63,934 nucleotides of DNA from a virus (IMGVR_UViG_3300034954_002602:1-63934); one strand, 5' to 3'; positions 1 through 10,319 are shown, counted from the stretch's first letter. Notes: generated by a model not told the origin, from the letters alone. Numbers and translations: made by a program.

Positions 1-967
1 CATTCTTCTTGTCAAGCATTAGGATGTTGACCATGAATGCTGTCTCGTTTACGTCACCTATCCAGGTGTTGAAGTAGTGATTAACCATATCAACCAAGGC
101 CTTGTCGTTTTCCATGCCTTCCAAGAACCATTTGTGCTCTCCAGTCAGTATCTTTTGTTTGAACTTGTCATCCTTCAATGTGATCTCCGGTGGCACTTCC
201 ACAACTTCCGCATTTGGGAAAGTGGTCTTGTAGTCTATGGCTTCGTAGGCGGATATTATCAATTCATCAGTGATAGGAGTGAAACATCCATCCGAGTGCC
301 CTTCACTTGATGCAACGTGTATCTGTTTGTTGGGGAACAATCTTGAGAACCTATCTTTGATCTCATCGTGATTGTCATAGTAGTTCTGTGTGCCAACAAT
401 CATCTTGTCTCCCAATCTTGTAATGAACGAGGAGTTCATATAGTCTATGGGACTGGCAACAACTTCATTGCCCTGTTGCAGTGCCAAAGTAAAGATGTCC
501 TTATAGAAACCAACCTTCTTATCAAACACTGCTTTGTCTTCTCTTTGGAACTGTAACCACTGTGTCCTTACGTTCTCATCTGTGTGTATTGTTTCTCGGG
601 TGATGTTGTCTAGATTATTCTTGTCCTTGAATGTGTTCCAGGCGTGATTCACGTTGGGCAGTCCTGGGTAGTACAATTTGTCGTCTATCATTGTCATGAA
701 ATCTCTCGCAGATATGGGAGGCGCGATATAGCCTTTGTCTATCCTGAATTCCTTCAAGTCCTTGGGCATTGTTGGCCTCACAACTTCTATGCCAAATGCT
801 TGTAGGAACTTTGCAAGTTGCTGGATGTCCTCTTCCGTCTCGATAGCAAGTTTCTCAAAACTGTTCCTCAACTTGACGTCCTTTATAAAATCAAATACTT
901 CAGGAGGATAAGCACTGCCAACCACACAGGTCTTGAGTTTGTTCCATTGGTGTGTGACTTTAAACAT
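1..967 (-). CDS. amidinotransferase-family protein (partial, runs off window)
   Basis: Not in ORF track; hand translation MFKVTHQWNKLKTCVVGSAYPP...VEVVRP-like (IEVVRP)...ETAFMVNILMLD; parallels 960..1946. Confidence 0.8.
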   Translation of the reverse strand, partial: MFKVTHQWNKLKTCVVGSAYPPEVFDFIKDVKLRNSFEKLAIETEEDIQQLAKFLQAFGIEVVRPTMPKDLKEFRIDKGYIAPPISARDFMTMIDDKLYYPGLPNVNHAWNTFKDKNNLDNITRETIHTDENVRTQWLQFQREDKAVFDKKVGFYKDIFTLALQQGNEVVASPIDYMNSSFITRLGDKMIVGTQNYYDNHDEIKDRFSRLFPNKQIHVASSEGHSDGCFTPITDELIISAYEAIDYKTTFPNAEVVEVPPEITLKDDKFKQKILTGEHKWFLEGMENDKALVDMVNHYFNTWIGDVNETAFMVNILMLDKKN

Positions 968-1946
968 CCTGCCTCTCCACATCTGTTGTAATACAATGGA
1001 AACAACCTCCTAAGGTAACGGCGTGCCTCAGAGGTAACATGGCAGATTCTATTCCGTGTTTCTCTAACTCTTGTCTTAGATTGTGCTGATGTTCTTCCAA
1101 CACCACTAGTTTCTCGTTGATCGAAAGTAGATTGATGCTTAACCATGGACTTGAGTTACACAGGCCTGGGTAGTGTCCTATCTCCACTGGCTCGGGTGCC
1201 CATATGATATCCCAATTTTGTAATGACTTTGGCAACTGTTCTTTTTTCTTAATCCTGCTGGGATTGGCCAACAGCAATCCATCTCTAAGGAAAGCGATTG
1301 TGCTGTCGAGATGCATATACGAATACACGTTCTCGAGTGTGTGTACCTTTACATTGTTTCCTAAGAATCCTTGTAGGTATTTGGCACCCTTTTTGTTTCC
1401 ACTGTTGCTGACCAGATAATAAATGTCATCGTTGTTCCGTAGTATGTTCGCGGCATCAAAACAGTTTTCAGTTTCGTTCAGTGCCAATACGTTTGGATCA
1501 CCGATGCATTTGTCATTGTAGAGGCTGTCTTCTCTATCTATCAGAACAACTTCCTTACGCACATCAAATGGTTTGAATAAATCAATGTATGCCTGAAACT
1601 CTTCCGCCCTTGCCCTCAGTGCCATTGGTGTGAATAATACTTTGTCTCCGTGTACAAAAACTGTGTCCCTTGGACAATAGGTGTAATATTTTGGATCGTG
1701 TGCGGGATCAGGACGTAGTACCTGCACTGATTCTCCTTCGAGGAACTGTATGAACTTTGCTATGTCCTCGTTTGATTCCTCGATTACCTGTTGAGGATAT
1801 AGTCCCGACGTTGGCAATTGATCATCATTTGGCTTGTCAGCATAGTTTACACAACGCAAACTGATATCGTGTGCTGGAATCTTGGCACCCGTCGCATCAC
1901 CGACTATCACTGTTTTCAATTGACTGTATTCGTTCCTGCTTAACAT
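960..1946 (-). CDS. glycine/inosamine-phosphate amidinotransferase-like protein
   Basis: EYSQLKTVIVG, CPRD, FDAAN, HLDS and C-terminal GGCFHCIT motifs; start moved to MLSRNE (1946). Confidence 0.85.
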   Translation of the reverse strand: MLSRNEYSQLKTVIVGDATGAKIPAHDISLRCVNYADKPNDDQLPTSGLYPQQVIEESNEDIAKFIQFLEGESVQVLRPDPAHDPKYYTYCPRDTVFVHGDKVLFTPMALRARAEEFQAYIDLFKPFDVRKEVVLIDREDSLYNDKCIGDPNVLALNETENCFDAANILRNNDDIYYLVSNSGNKKGAKYLQGFLGNNVKVHTLENVYSYMHLDSTIAFLRDGLLLANPSRIKKKEQLPKSLQNWDIIWAPEPVEIGHYPGLCNSSPWLSINLLSINEKLVVLEEHQHNLRQELEKHGIESAMLPLRHAVTLGGCFHCITTDVERQDV

Positions 1947-2431
1947 TTCAATCCTGTAACCTGTAGAATGTATCTGTCCTCGTGTCCTAGATTTGCGGCC
2001 ATGTGTTCCGTGCCTTGTCCCCAACCAAAATAGTCTCCTGCGTTTCCTATACATATCTTGTCCTCTATCCACAACTGATGTCCTGCTTTTTGGTCGTGCA
2101 AGAATACAATGATCCTTTGTATGTCCTTTTGTTCTGTATCTGAAATGTTGTTGAGCCTGATGTAGGTTTTATAATGATCTGTGTGGTAAGGCAGTATTTC
2201 TCCAGGAGCAACTTTGTTGACAGCACAAACTTTCCTATTCAGAGGCAGTGATTCTACCGCTTCGTAGAATTTAGACAGTAGTTTTTCGTCAAAACACATC
2301 GCAACACCGATCTTGTAGTTGGTAGTGTCCACCGTGGCCCCAAACCTTTCTTCGTGGTCACTATTTGTGAACCAAGTCAGATCCTTGTAATCGTTCTCGG
2401 TCCAGGTGACTGGTAGTTTTCCTTTTATCAT
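1940..2431 (-). CDS. 2OG-Fe(II) oxygenase / cupin-like protein
   Basis: PG..LPYHTD (HxD) and distal H in EHMAAN...R.ILQVTG. Confidence 0.65.
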   Translation of the reverse strand: MIKGKLPVTWTENDYKDLTWFTNSDHEERFGATVDTTNYKIGVAMCFDEKLLSKFYEAVESLPLNRKVCAVNKVAPGEILPYHTDHYKTYIRLNNISDTEQKDIQRIIVFLHDQKAGHQLWIEDKICIGNAGDYFGWGQGTEHMAANLGHEDRYILQVTGLKC

Positions 2432-3408
2432 TGTTTCCTTGCGAAGTGATCTTTAATTTGATGCAACGTGTCAATATTTAATGATTCCAAATGCTGTGTG
2501 TCAAAGAATAGATTACGGTTGTGTTCTAATATCGGCCTCGCTTGTTCATACAACTGCACGTGGTCCATTTCCTTAAGACTTTTACATAAGTTTGTTATTT
2601 TTTCGATACGCAAAATTGGATCTACTTCGTTGTCATACCCTTCGTCGAAAAGATCCCTAAAAGTTTTAAAGCCAAAGGATCTAAGATAGGTAAGATAACC
2701 GGCACCTGCGAATGCCACAAAGATATGTCCTGCTATCATTGGTTTGAAAATCTTCTCACTAAGGCAGTAGACATTGTTTCTTTCAACTGTTTCTGCTACA
2801 ATGGAGAACTTGGTGTGAGAAAATTGCGGTGTAACTATCTGCCAAAGGGCAGGAGTATGATAAAAATTCTGCTTTTTCCAATCCACATCGTGGAAATCTG
2901 GATGTTCATATTCATCTGGCAAATGCTTCTCATCACCATTGCCCCTGTTGTATGTGTAGAGACTGTTTTCTAAACACTGCTCCTTCTCCAAAGTCCTACA
3001 AAGCAAATCACGATTGGTAGTGCCTCTGCCAGTGAGGAAAAGGAAATCTTTAGGCTTTGGACCTGTGTGTGTTAATTTTGGAGCACCTTTGTTCTGATCT
3101 CTTACCTCTATCCAGAAATCATTTTGATCGATGTAAGGGAAAGGGAAATCTTTGTTCTGTCCATGGGCCAAGACGCAAATATTTTGCTTGTACTGTGAAA
3201 CTAATTCTTGCAGTTCAATTACCGTTTGATTATCCTTGTCGTGTAATAGATCGATCTGTTCGTGATGAAACAGGATAATCTTGAGGTCTTGTTTGAGACA
3301 GTTCTTAAGGGCATCAAGAGTGATCGCGGGATTACTGCCCATCCACAAGAAGTCTTCTAACCAAAATACCATATAGTCTTTCCTGAGGATGTCTTCCAGC
3401 CGTTCCAT
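2428..3408 (-). CDS. GT10-like putative glycosyltransferase
   Basis: FSIVAET...LSEKIFKP...GFKTF...DEGYD motif shared with two paralogs in the window. Confidence 0.5.
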   Translation of the reverse strand: MERLEDILRKDYMVFWLEDFLWMGSNPAITLDALKNCLKQDLKIILFHHEQIDLLHDKDNQTVIELQELVSQYKQNICVLAHGQNKDFPFPYIDQNDFWIEVRDQNKGAPKLTHTGPKPKDFLFLTGRGTTNRDLLCRTLEKEQCLENSLYTYNRGNGDEKHLPDEYEHPDFHDVDWKKQNFYHTPALWQIVTPQFSHTKFSIVAETVERNNVYCLSEKIFKPMIAGHIFVAFAGAGYLTYLRSFGFKTFRDLFDEGYDNEVDPILRIEKITNLCKSLKEMDHVQLYEQARPILEHNRNLFFDTQHLESLNIDTLHQIKDHFARKQ

Positions 3409-3425
3409 ACCGATATTTAAGTCAC

Positions 3426-3458
3426 AAAAAAAGGGCGATACATTTCTGCACCGCCCTT
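3426..3458 (-). terminator. rho-independent terminator
   Basis: Minus strand AAGGGCGGTGCA-GAAA-TGTATCGCCCTT followed by T-run; G-U pairs work only on this strand. Confidence 0.85.
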
Positions 3459-3474
3459 CAAATTAACTAATCAA

Positions 3475-3846
3475 TTACGCAGAGTAGTTGATTACTTTTC
3501 TGCCTGATTTTCTTAATAATGAAATGATGTTTGATTTCATTGTTAATGCAGAGTTCTTAGGTGCAACACCTAATACTTCTACTGTAAAGTCTAAACCTTT
3601 TGATAACAACTTGTTAGTCGCTGTTTTTCTTGCAGTGTTTTTTACTGCTAGGTTTTTGAACTTGATTTTACCACCGTGTACTTCACCATTCACTTTGTAT
3701 GAAGAAGCCGGCTCGGCGAATACACCAATTTGCTTCGCTCTTGATTTGAAGTTTCTAGTGTATACAACGTATTGTGTTGAGTTTGCCATGGTCTTTGTTT
3801 CCTTCTTAGTAGATGGAAAAAGTGTATTAAACATACCTGTTAGCAT
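3475..3846 (-). CDS. small basic hypothetical protein
   Basis: SD-like AGAGG before ATG 3846; second SD-like start at 3789; flanked by own promoter and terminator. Confidence 0.7.
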   Translation of the reverse strand: MLTGMFNTLFPSTKKETKTMANSTQYVVYTRNFKSRAKQIGVFAEPASSYKVNGEVHGGKIKFKNLAVKNTARKTATNKLLSKGLDFTVEVLGVAPKNSALTMKSNIISLLRKSGRKVINYSA

Positions 3847-3924
3847 ATTGTTCCTCTTTCCTTGTTTGTTAATAAAAAACACGTAAGAATTTCAATCTCT
3901 GTTATCCTACGCATCATACAAACA

Positions 3925-3953
3925 ATTATATACTAGAAAGTGTATTATGTCAA
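3925..3953 (-). promoter_or_regulatory. sigma70-type promoter
   Basis: TTGACA-17nt-TATAAT on minus strand. Confidence 0.8.
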
Positions 3954-3982
3954 CCGGTACTAAAAGATCAACTTTTATGCGA

Positions 3983-4396
3983 CTAATTGTCCTTATAATC
4001 AGGCACTTGGAATAGATCTATTCCCTCATCAAGCAGTTGATTTGTCTCTTCCTTGGTTGCTTTACCATAGAACTTCTGATCTCTTTTACCTTTTGCGGCC
4101 TTACGTGCCTCCTTGGCAAAGTTTTTACCAACATCCTGGAAGTCCTTTTTAATCTTCTTGTTCAATTTACGCAAGATAGATTCAGCACTCTCGCCCATAA
4201 CCATATAATCATCAGGCTGTCCTTTTGGTTTTGAGGTCTTTACGTTTGGTGCCATAATGGCTTTATCCACCGCAGTGCTGTCACACATAGGACAATTGAT
4301 CATTCCTTTGTTCTTCTGTTTTGTGTATTCTTTACTGCTTGGAAACCAACCCTCGAACTCGGCGTTGCATCGGCATCTGAGTTTGTACTTGATCAT
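3983..4396 (-). CDS. DUF1178 family Zn-ribbon protein
   Basis: MIKYKLRC..FEGWF..CPMCDS..V.KAIMAPNV...VGKNFAKEARK; start trimmed to MIKY, 5 nt after TAAATA. Confidence 0.85.
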   Translation of the reverse strand: MIKYKLRCRCNAEFEGWFPSSKEYTKQKNKGMINCPMCDSTAVDKAIMAPNVKTSKPKGQPDDYMVMGESAESILRKLNKKIKKDFQDVGKNFAKEARKAAKGKRDQKFYGKATKEETNQLLDEGIDLFQVPDYKDN

Positions 4397-4452
4397 AATA
4401 TTATTTACATTATACACTTGACTTTTAAATGTGTCTACTATATTATAATATT

Positions 4453-4596
4453 ATGGCTTTACACAACACATCAGGATACACACCAGGCAAACCGAAAAAG
4501 ACTTCTCAAGGCAAGAACAAGAGCAGGATCAAGATGAGCTCTATGAACAAGCACAAGAAAAGAAGTTACAAGGCATATGTCGGACAAGGCAAATAA
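4453..4596 (+). CDS. 47-aa Lys-rich peptide (MALHNTSGYTPGKPKKTSQG...YVGQGK)
   Basis: Hand translation below ORF cutoff; follows TTGACT-17-TATTAT promoter. Confidence 0.65.
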   Translation: MALHNTSGYTPGKPKKTSQGKNKSRIKMSSMNKHKKRSYKAYVGQGK

Positions 4597-4741
4597 GGAC
4601 GAGATCAAACTGTTGAAGGCACAGTTAGGCAATCTGGAAGTGCAGGTGTCGGAATATCAGCAGATCGTCAAAGAACTTTCGGACAAACTAAAAAAATACG
4701 AAAAGAAATACGGATCAGTTTTCATCCGTTCATCAAATTAA
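4577..4741 (+). CDS. 54-aa coiled-coil peptide (MSDKANKDEIKLLKAQL...)
   Basis: Hand translation; heptad pattern; overlaps preceding ORF. Confidence 0.55.
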   Translation: MSDKANKDEIKLLKAQLGNLEVQVSEYQQIVKELSDKLKKYEKKYGSVFIRSSN

Positions 4742-5159
4742 AGAACACAGCATCCTTGCTTCTCCTGAACTTCAATGTTTCATAATCAACTATATGGACA
4801 TTACGCATTCCACCATACTGTTTCATAATCCGTTCTTGATCCAAAGGACGTATGGTTATAACTTCACGATCGGGTAAAGTCACTTCATACCCCCAAAACA
4901 TAGGCCACCAATGCAGAGGGTTCAACGAATCAAATTTTTCCTTCATAATGATGAGAAATACTAGAGGCACTATGGTGAATGGCTCTGCGTACCAAGGTAT
5001 AGTGTTCATCGTTACTGCATCTATGAAGTGTACCAATCCGGTCCATACACCAATTATGGTCAACAATACACCAACAACCGGCCAGAAGTCGTCTTCTATG
5101 TCAATGTCGTGGTCATAATGAGAATACATTCTGCGTTTCTGTTGTTGACTCAGTTTCAT
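4722..5159 (-). CDS. hypothetical membrane protein
   Basis: Two hydrophobic segments; likely start MKLSQQQ. Confidence 0.6.
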   Translation of the reverse strand: MKLSQQQKRRMYSHYDHDIDIEDDFWPVVGVLLTIIGVWTGLVHFIDAVTMNTIPWYAEPFTIVPLVFLIIMKEKFDSLNPLHWWPMFWGYEVTLPDREVITIRPLDQERIMKQYGGMRNVHIVDYETLKFRRSKDAVFFNLMNG

Positions 5160-5249
5160 ATAAAGTATATAGTCGTTGTGATAATTAAAATTATATAATC
5201 TGTTGTAACGCTCCAAAGGAAGTTCACAACAAATCCCAAAGAAATCGAT

Positions 5250-6686
5250 ATGGAACTTGCTATATTAATGGCGGGTATTGTTTACGGCTTGATCATTGGC
5301 CTAATACCAGCCGCTGGAGCAACAACAGGTCTAATCACACTATTTGGAGTTATGCCTTACTTCGTAGGAGATCCCTACCTGGGCGTGATATTCTGTGTGG
5401 CAGTTGTCGCTTCATCAACAACCGGTGATTCATTTGCAGGTGTGCTGTTGGGCATACCGGGAGCCAATTCTGCGGCGGCAACAATGGTGGATGGTTTTCC
5501 AATGGCCAAGAACGGAGAAGCCACAAGGGCACTGAGCGCCGCGATCACATCGTCGACTTGTAATGGACTATTCTGGGGATCACTAACATTCCTTTTCTTA
5601 CCTTGGTACACCAAAGTTGTGATGTATATGGGCATACCTGAACTATGGGCGTTGGTGCTGTTGGCATTTGTCACTGTTGGATTTGTATCCACTAGGAAAT
5701 ATGTCAGGAGTGTACTCGCAATCGTGTTGGGTGTGACCATAGGACTAGTTGGTGTGGACGTGAACAACGTGCCGAGATTCACAATGGGTTGGCGTTACCT
5801 CGAAGACGGTGTACAGATTTTACCTTACATGGCAGGACTTTTCGCAATACCTGAACTGTGGGACGGATGGTTCAACAGGAAGAAGACAACAACTATAAAA
5901 GCAGAACACGGCAGTTGGAATGATCTCAAACAAGGAGTCAAGGACACAATAAGATGTTGGAAGGACAGTGTGAGGGGAGGCTTCATTGGATCTTTCATAG
6001 GACTACTGCCTGGACTGGGAGGTGCGATGGCAGATTGGTTGGCGTACGGTGCCACTGTTGCCGCAAATCCAAAAGAGAAGTTCGGTGTTGGCAACGTAAA
6101 AGGTGTTGTGGGTGCCGAGGGGGCCAACAATGCACAGAAGGCCTCATCATTCATACCAACAGTGTTGTTTGGTATACCAGGAGCAAGTTTCGCCGCGATA
6201 CTGATGGGACTATGGCTTTACATTGGAATTGATCTAGGATCTCCAGACACATTCTACGACGAAAAATTATTTGACAGTATGACATTTGCGTTCTTGCTTG
6301 GAACGATAATCACTGCTGTCTTATGTTATGGACTGGCATACTTCGCTGGTTGGGTGACACGTATTCCTTACGTTTATTATTTCCCTATCATACTTGGATT
6401 CATTGTATGGGCGAGCCTGCAATACACAGGTGGTTGGGAAGACCTAGCGGTACTATTGGCATTCTCTATATTTGGAGTGCTTTGTAAAAAATTCCAAGTC
6501 AGCAGGCCAGCACTGCTGATCGGGTACATATTGAGTGACAGGATTTACAACCTCACTTATCAACTAACATCCTTGCATACAGTAGATGATCTCATCACCA
6601 GACCGATCTTCATTGGCATAATGATTTGTGTATTTGCATTATTGTATTGGGGAATAACAAAAAGGAGTCGATTAGACTATGCTTAA
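5250..6686 (+). CDS. tctA: tripartite tricarboxylate transporter large subunit TctA
   Basis: Multi-TM; GIPG..AAATMVDGFPMA, GLLPGLG, EGANNA..FGIPG motifs. Confidence 0.9.
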   Translation: MELAILMAGIVYGLIIGLIPAAGATTGLITLFGVMPYFVGDPYLGVIFCVAVVASSTTGDSFAGVLLGIPGANSAAATMVDGFPMAKNGEATRALSAAITSSTCNGLFWGSLTFLFLPWYTKVVMYMGIPELWALVLLAFVTVGFVSTRKYVRSVLAIVLGVTIGLVGVDVNNVPRFTMGWRYLEDGVQILPYMAGLFAIPELWDGWFNRKKTTTIKAEHGSWNDLKQGVKDTIRCWKDSVRGGFIGSFIGLLPGLGGAMADWLAYGATVAANPKEKFGVGNVKGVVGAEGANNAQKASSFIPTVLFGIPGASFAAILMGLWLYIGIDLGSPDTFYDEKLFDSMTFAFLLGTIITAVLCYGLAYFAGWVTRIPYVYYFPIILGFIVWASLQYTGGWEDLAVLLAFSIFGVLCKKFQVSRPALLIGYILSDRIYNLTYQLTSLHTVDDLITRPIFIGIMICVFALLYWGITKRSRLDYA

Positions 6687-7725
6687 GAAAACAATAATTG
6701 CCTTGTTTCTAATGACAACAACGGCGTTGGCAGATTACAACTTGATCGTGCCACAAAAACCATCTGGTGGAACTTCTGTGTGGGCACAGATAGTTGTAGC
6801 GGAATGGGAGAAACACCTAGGTGAGAAGATCAATCTTATCTACAAGCCAGGTGCGAGAGACCAACTTGGACCGAACGAGTTCCAAAACGAACTAAGGTTC
6901 GACGACAAGACAATACTTGTATCACACGGTGGTAATGGTATATCATATCTAACAGAGCCTGTTGATTACAATTATTTTGATTGGGAGTCTGTTGGACACA
7001 TGAACCTAAACATTATTGTAGGTGCTAGAAATAAAGCGGATACGACAAATGGACCGATTCAGTTTCCATCAGGATCTGGTATGACTCCAGAGATCATGGC
7101 AATCGTGATGTTACTTGCAGGACCAAACAATGATCCTGTGAAAACATTTGAAGACAAGATCATTTGGGTGAAAGGTATGAAAGGCTCTGAGAGGAGACTT
7201 GCTTTCATCAGAGGTGATCTAAATGCTACAAGGGAGAACCCTGCCGCATACAAGAAACACGTGATGCCAGTGATCAAGAAAGGCGATGCCTACACTTGGT
7301 TCCATCATGGACTACTAAACGTCAAGACGGGTGGTCATGATAAAGATCCAAACTTCACTGAACCAACTTTCGAAGAACTGTTTGAAAAGATGCACGGTGT
7401 TGCACCAAGTGGTGACTTCTATGATGCATACAAACTTGTAAAGAGTTGGAGAGATGCTCTACAGAAAGCGTTCTGGGTGAACAAGGGCAATCCTAACAAG
7501 GATAAACTCGTCGCCGCACTTGACAAGATGATCAAGGATCCTGAGTCAGTTGCCGCTATCGAGAAGAAGGTTGGCAAGTACGAGTGGAGAACAGGTGAGG
7601 AAGGTGACGCCGCAGTTAGAACACTGAAGTCATTCATCACACCAGGTGCATTAAAGACACTATCTGATTTTGGAAAGAACCAGTTGGGTTACAATGCAAT
7701 CTACAAGGAAGAGTTGACAAAGTAA
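6679..7725 (+). CDS. TctC/Bug-like periplasmic substrate-binding protein
   Basis: Signal peptide, LIVPQKPSGGT, KPGA, G..ER.LAFIRGDL; coupled to tctA. Confidence 0.75.
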   Translation: MLKKTIIALFLMTTTALADYNLIVPQKPSGGTSVWAQIVVAEWEKHLGEKINLIYKPGARDQLGPNEFQNELRFDDKTILVSHGGNGISYLTEPVDYNYFDWESVGHMNLNIIVGARNKADTTNGPIQFPSGSGMTPEIMAIVMLLAGPNNDPVKTFEDKIIWVKGMKGSERRLAFIRGDLNATRENPAAYKKHVMPVIKKGDAYTWFHHGLLNVKTGGHDKDPNFTEPTFEELFEKMHGVAPSGDFYDAYKLVKSWRDALQKAFWVNKGNPNKDKLVAALDKMIKDPESVAAIEKKVGKYEWRTGEEGDAAVRTLKSFITPGALKTLSDFGKNQLGYNAIYKEELTK

Positions 7726-8309
7726 TGTACATATTGTTTACAGGGGCGCCGGGATCAAAGTGGAGTAGTGTTGTCAAGAATATCTACTGGAGTAATGACA
7801 TAGATCACACAGACTATTCTGAAGAGAGAACCTACTGGCACGATGCTGACACCCCTGGCAACAAACATCTAATGCACATTGGTGCTTACTGGGATCCGGG
7901 AATGGAGTTCGTCAACAGAGATTGGGACGGACCTTTCTCGGGCACAGGTAAAAGAATTATCAAGTCACACACATTCGCACACAGACTGAATGAACTTAAA
8001 GATAAGGGCCATCCGATCGTGATGGTGTACAGGAATGATTTCGAATGTTTGGAATGGTGGAAACTGTGTGGCGAGTTCAAGATCACATATCCCAACTATC
8101 AGTGGTATGAGAACCTTGACCGTATGTGGGATCACATACAGGCAGAGAACAGAGACACGATGCAGTTCATTCACGATAACAGAGAAAGAATCTCTAGGGT
8201 GAAGGACAACGTAGAACTTTGCAATCTTTTAGAAATTAGTTTCCCTTCACACAAAGCAAAGGTACATAACTACGCAGAAAAGGGAATACAGGTCTATGTC
8301 TACAAGTAA
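7725..8309 (+). CDS. hypothetical protein with N-terminal P-loop/sulfotransferase-like segment
   Basis: ILFTGAPGSKWSSV, IIKSH, IVMVYR. Confidence 0.5.
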   Translation: MYILFTGAPGSKWSSVVKNIYWSNDIDHTDYSEERTYWHDADTPGNKHLMHIGAYWDPGMEFVNRDWDGPFSGTGKRIIKSHTFAHRLNELKDKGHPIVMVYRNDFECLEWWKLCGEFKITYPNYQWYENLDRMWDHIQAENRDTMQFIHDNRERISRVKDNVELCNLLEISFPSHKAKVHNYAEKGIQVYVYK

Positions 8310-8952
8310 TTGGGAAGACGCAAAAGCAAGAAGCAACTATCATTTCAACAAGTGGCACAAGGACACTGATTGTGTAGAGCACTTGGGTAAGTTCACAGGT
8401 GGATGGCAGACGGAACTACAGACTGTGATCAATGATGCCAAGCCGTTGAACTGGGCGAATCGTAGGCAAGGTACAGGCAGGGAAAATGTAAATGTAGATG
8501 TTGAAGCAGAAGAGAATGATCTGAAGACAGCAGGTGCTGATCCAAAGATGACAATCTATAGGGGACTTGCAGATTTCACGAAATGCCCAACACTACAAAG
8601 GATGACAGATTACTTTGCTCTGTCAAGTGTGAGATCAAAACTACATATTCAGTTCACCGGTGAGGTATTGAATATGCACATAGACAAACTCTATGATCTT
8701 GACGCAGACCCGGAGAAGGTCATAAGAATTATGGTAATGCTACAGGACTGGGAACCAGGACAGTTCATAATGTATGGTAATGAACAGTTTGACAGATGGA
8801 GGGCCGGAGACATACACAAATTCGATTGGCCGAACATACCACACGCCACAGCAAACGCCAGCAACAAACCCAGGCCTATGTTGGTGATAACTGGTGTGAT
8901 GTCGGACAAGACCAAAGAAATTTTATCGAAACAGATCAAGAAAAAGGTTTAG
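8296..8952 (+). CDS. 2OG-Fe(II) oxygenase / Asp-Asn beta-hydroxylase-like protein
   Basis: MHID (HxD), WRAGD, PHATAN...R. Confidence 0.65.
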   Translation: MSTSNWEDAKARSNYHFNKWHKDTDCVEHLGKFTGGWQTELQTVINDAKPLNWANRRQGTGRENVNVDVEAEENDLKTAGADPKMTIYRGLADFTKCPTLQRMTDYFALSSVRSKLHIQFTGEVLNMHIDKLYDLDADPEKVIRIMVMLQDWEPGQFIMYGNEQFDRWRAGDIHKFDWPNIPHATANASNKPRPMLVITGVMSDKTKEILSKQIKKKV

Positions 8953-8982
8953 TCATACAACTTTTTAGTATAAACTAGTTGT

Positions 8983-9636
8983 ATGAATAAAAAGATATTT
9001 GCACGACTCCTAACACACAGCGAAAACAACCTAGACAAAATAACACAACCTTGGATACTTGAAACATTCGGGGTAGAAGTGGATAGATGTGACACCATAG
9101 AACAATACGTGGAGGCCATTGACGATGCCTGCCTACACAAATACTTTTCCAAGTATTGGCAGAACGATATGAAGAAATGGAAATACTCGGGTGTACAACT
9201 GATAGACGAAGTCAACAGTCTCAAACCGAGAGCGGTGCTAGACGTTGGATGTGGGTACAACGAATTCAAAGGACGCATAGATAATCTCGTGGGCATTGAT
9301 CCTTACAATGACAAGGCAGACCTACAGATCAGCACTCTAGAATACAAGACTGCTGAAAAGTATGACGTGATACTTTGTTTGGGATCTGTGAACTTTGGCG
9401 ACAGGGAAAAGATTGTTGCTGAAGTAGGAAGATGTGTGAACCTGTTGGCAGACAATGGAACGATGTTCTTTAGGGTCAACCCTGGTGTGCAACACGATAA
9501 GCCTGAAGCAGACTGGATAGAATTCTTTGGATGGAACGTGCCTTTCATAATAGAACTGGCAGAAATGTATAATCTCAAAATACTTGACATACGTGATGAT
9601 ACTAACCAACGTAAGTATTTCGTTTATAGAAAGTGA
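8983..9636 (+). CDS. class I SAM-dependent methyltransferase
   Basis: VLDVGCG, GIDP, YDVILCLGS. Confidence 0.8.
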   Translation: MNKKIFARLLTHSENNLDKITQPWILETFGVEVDRCDTIEQYVEAIDDACLHKYFSKYWQNDMKKWKYSGVQLIDEVNSLKPRAVLDVGCGYNEFKGRIDNLVGIDPYNDKADLQISTLEYKTAEKYDVILCLGSVNFGDREKIVAEVGRCVNLLADNGTMFFRVNPGVQHDKPEADWIEFFGWNVPFIIELAEMYNLKILDIRDDTNQRKYFVYRK

Positions 9637-10319
9637 AAACATTATTAATCAATGGCTGTAGTTTTGGAGAGTGTTGGACTCCCAGTGACAAATTTGTAAA
9701 AGCACTCGGATGTGACAACGTCGTAAACATTTCAAAGACTGCAACGAGTGTGCAGAGGACACTCAGATCTACAATCGAATGGATTGCACAAAACGGAAAT
9801 CCTCACTATGTGATCACACCTATCACGTTTTGGAGCAGATGGGAACTGGCGATTAACAAATACGAAGACAAGATAGATGGAGCATGGTTTCCGATACAAA
9901 GACCCGAACTACTTGAATCTGAAGATAGAGAACTTCACCCTGATGTTGACAAAGGAAGGCTGTCTACAATGATTGAATCATATTACGCTTTGAGTCCAAC
10001 TGTAAGAACTTTCTGGGATAAACTTTTCACGGATGTGATATCCCTGTCATCGTTTCTCGAGAGTAGGAATATCAAACACTTGATATTTGATATGTGCAAT
10101 GACTTCGATATGATACACATAGAAGGATATAAGGGTTTTGAAAAGTTGAAGTTGCTTGAACAAAACAAGAGTGTGATAGACCTGTTTGGATTCTGCGGTA
10201 ACAAACATATGTGGAACACGTTGGAGGACAAGCAAAAGGTTGATTTCAACATACATCACGCACCAGAACAGTACATTATTCTAGAGGATTTTCTGTTAAA
10301 ATACGTAGAAAAGCAATGA
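9633..10319 (+). CDS. SGNH-hydrolase-like hypothetical protein
   Basis: LLINGCSF N-terminal block; C-terminal His. Confidence 0.5.
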   Translation: MKTLLINGCSFGECWTPSDKFVKALGCDNVVNISKTATSVQRTLRSTIEWIAQNGNPHYVITPITFWSRWELAINKYEDKIDGAWFPIQRPELLESEDRELHPDVDKGRLSTMIESYYALSPTVRTFWDKLFTDVISLSSFLESRNIKHLIFDMCNDFDMIHIEGYKGFEKLKLLEQNKSVIDLFGFCGNKHMWNTLEDKQKVDFNIHHAPEQYIILEDFLLKYVEKQ

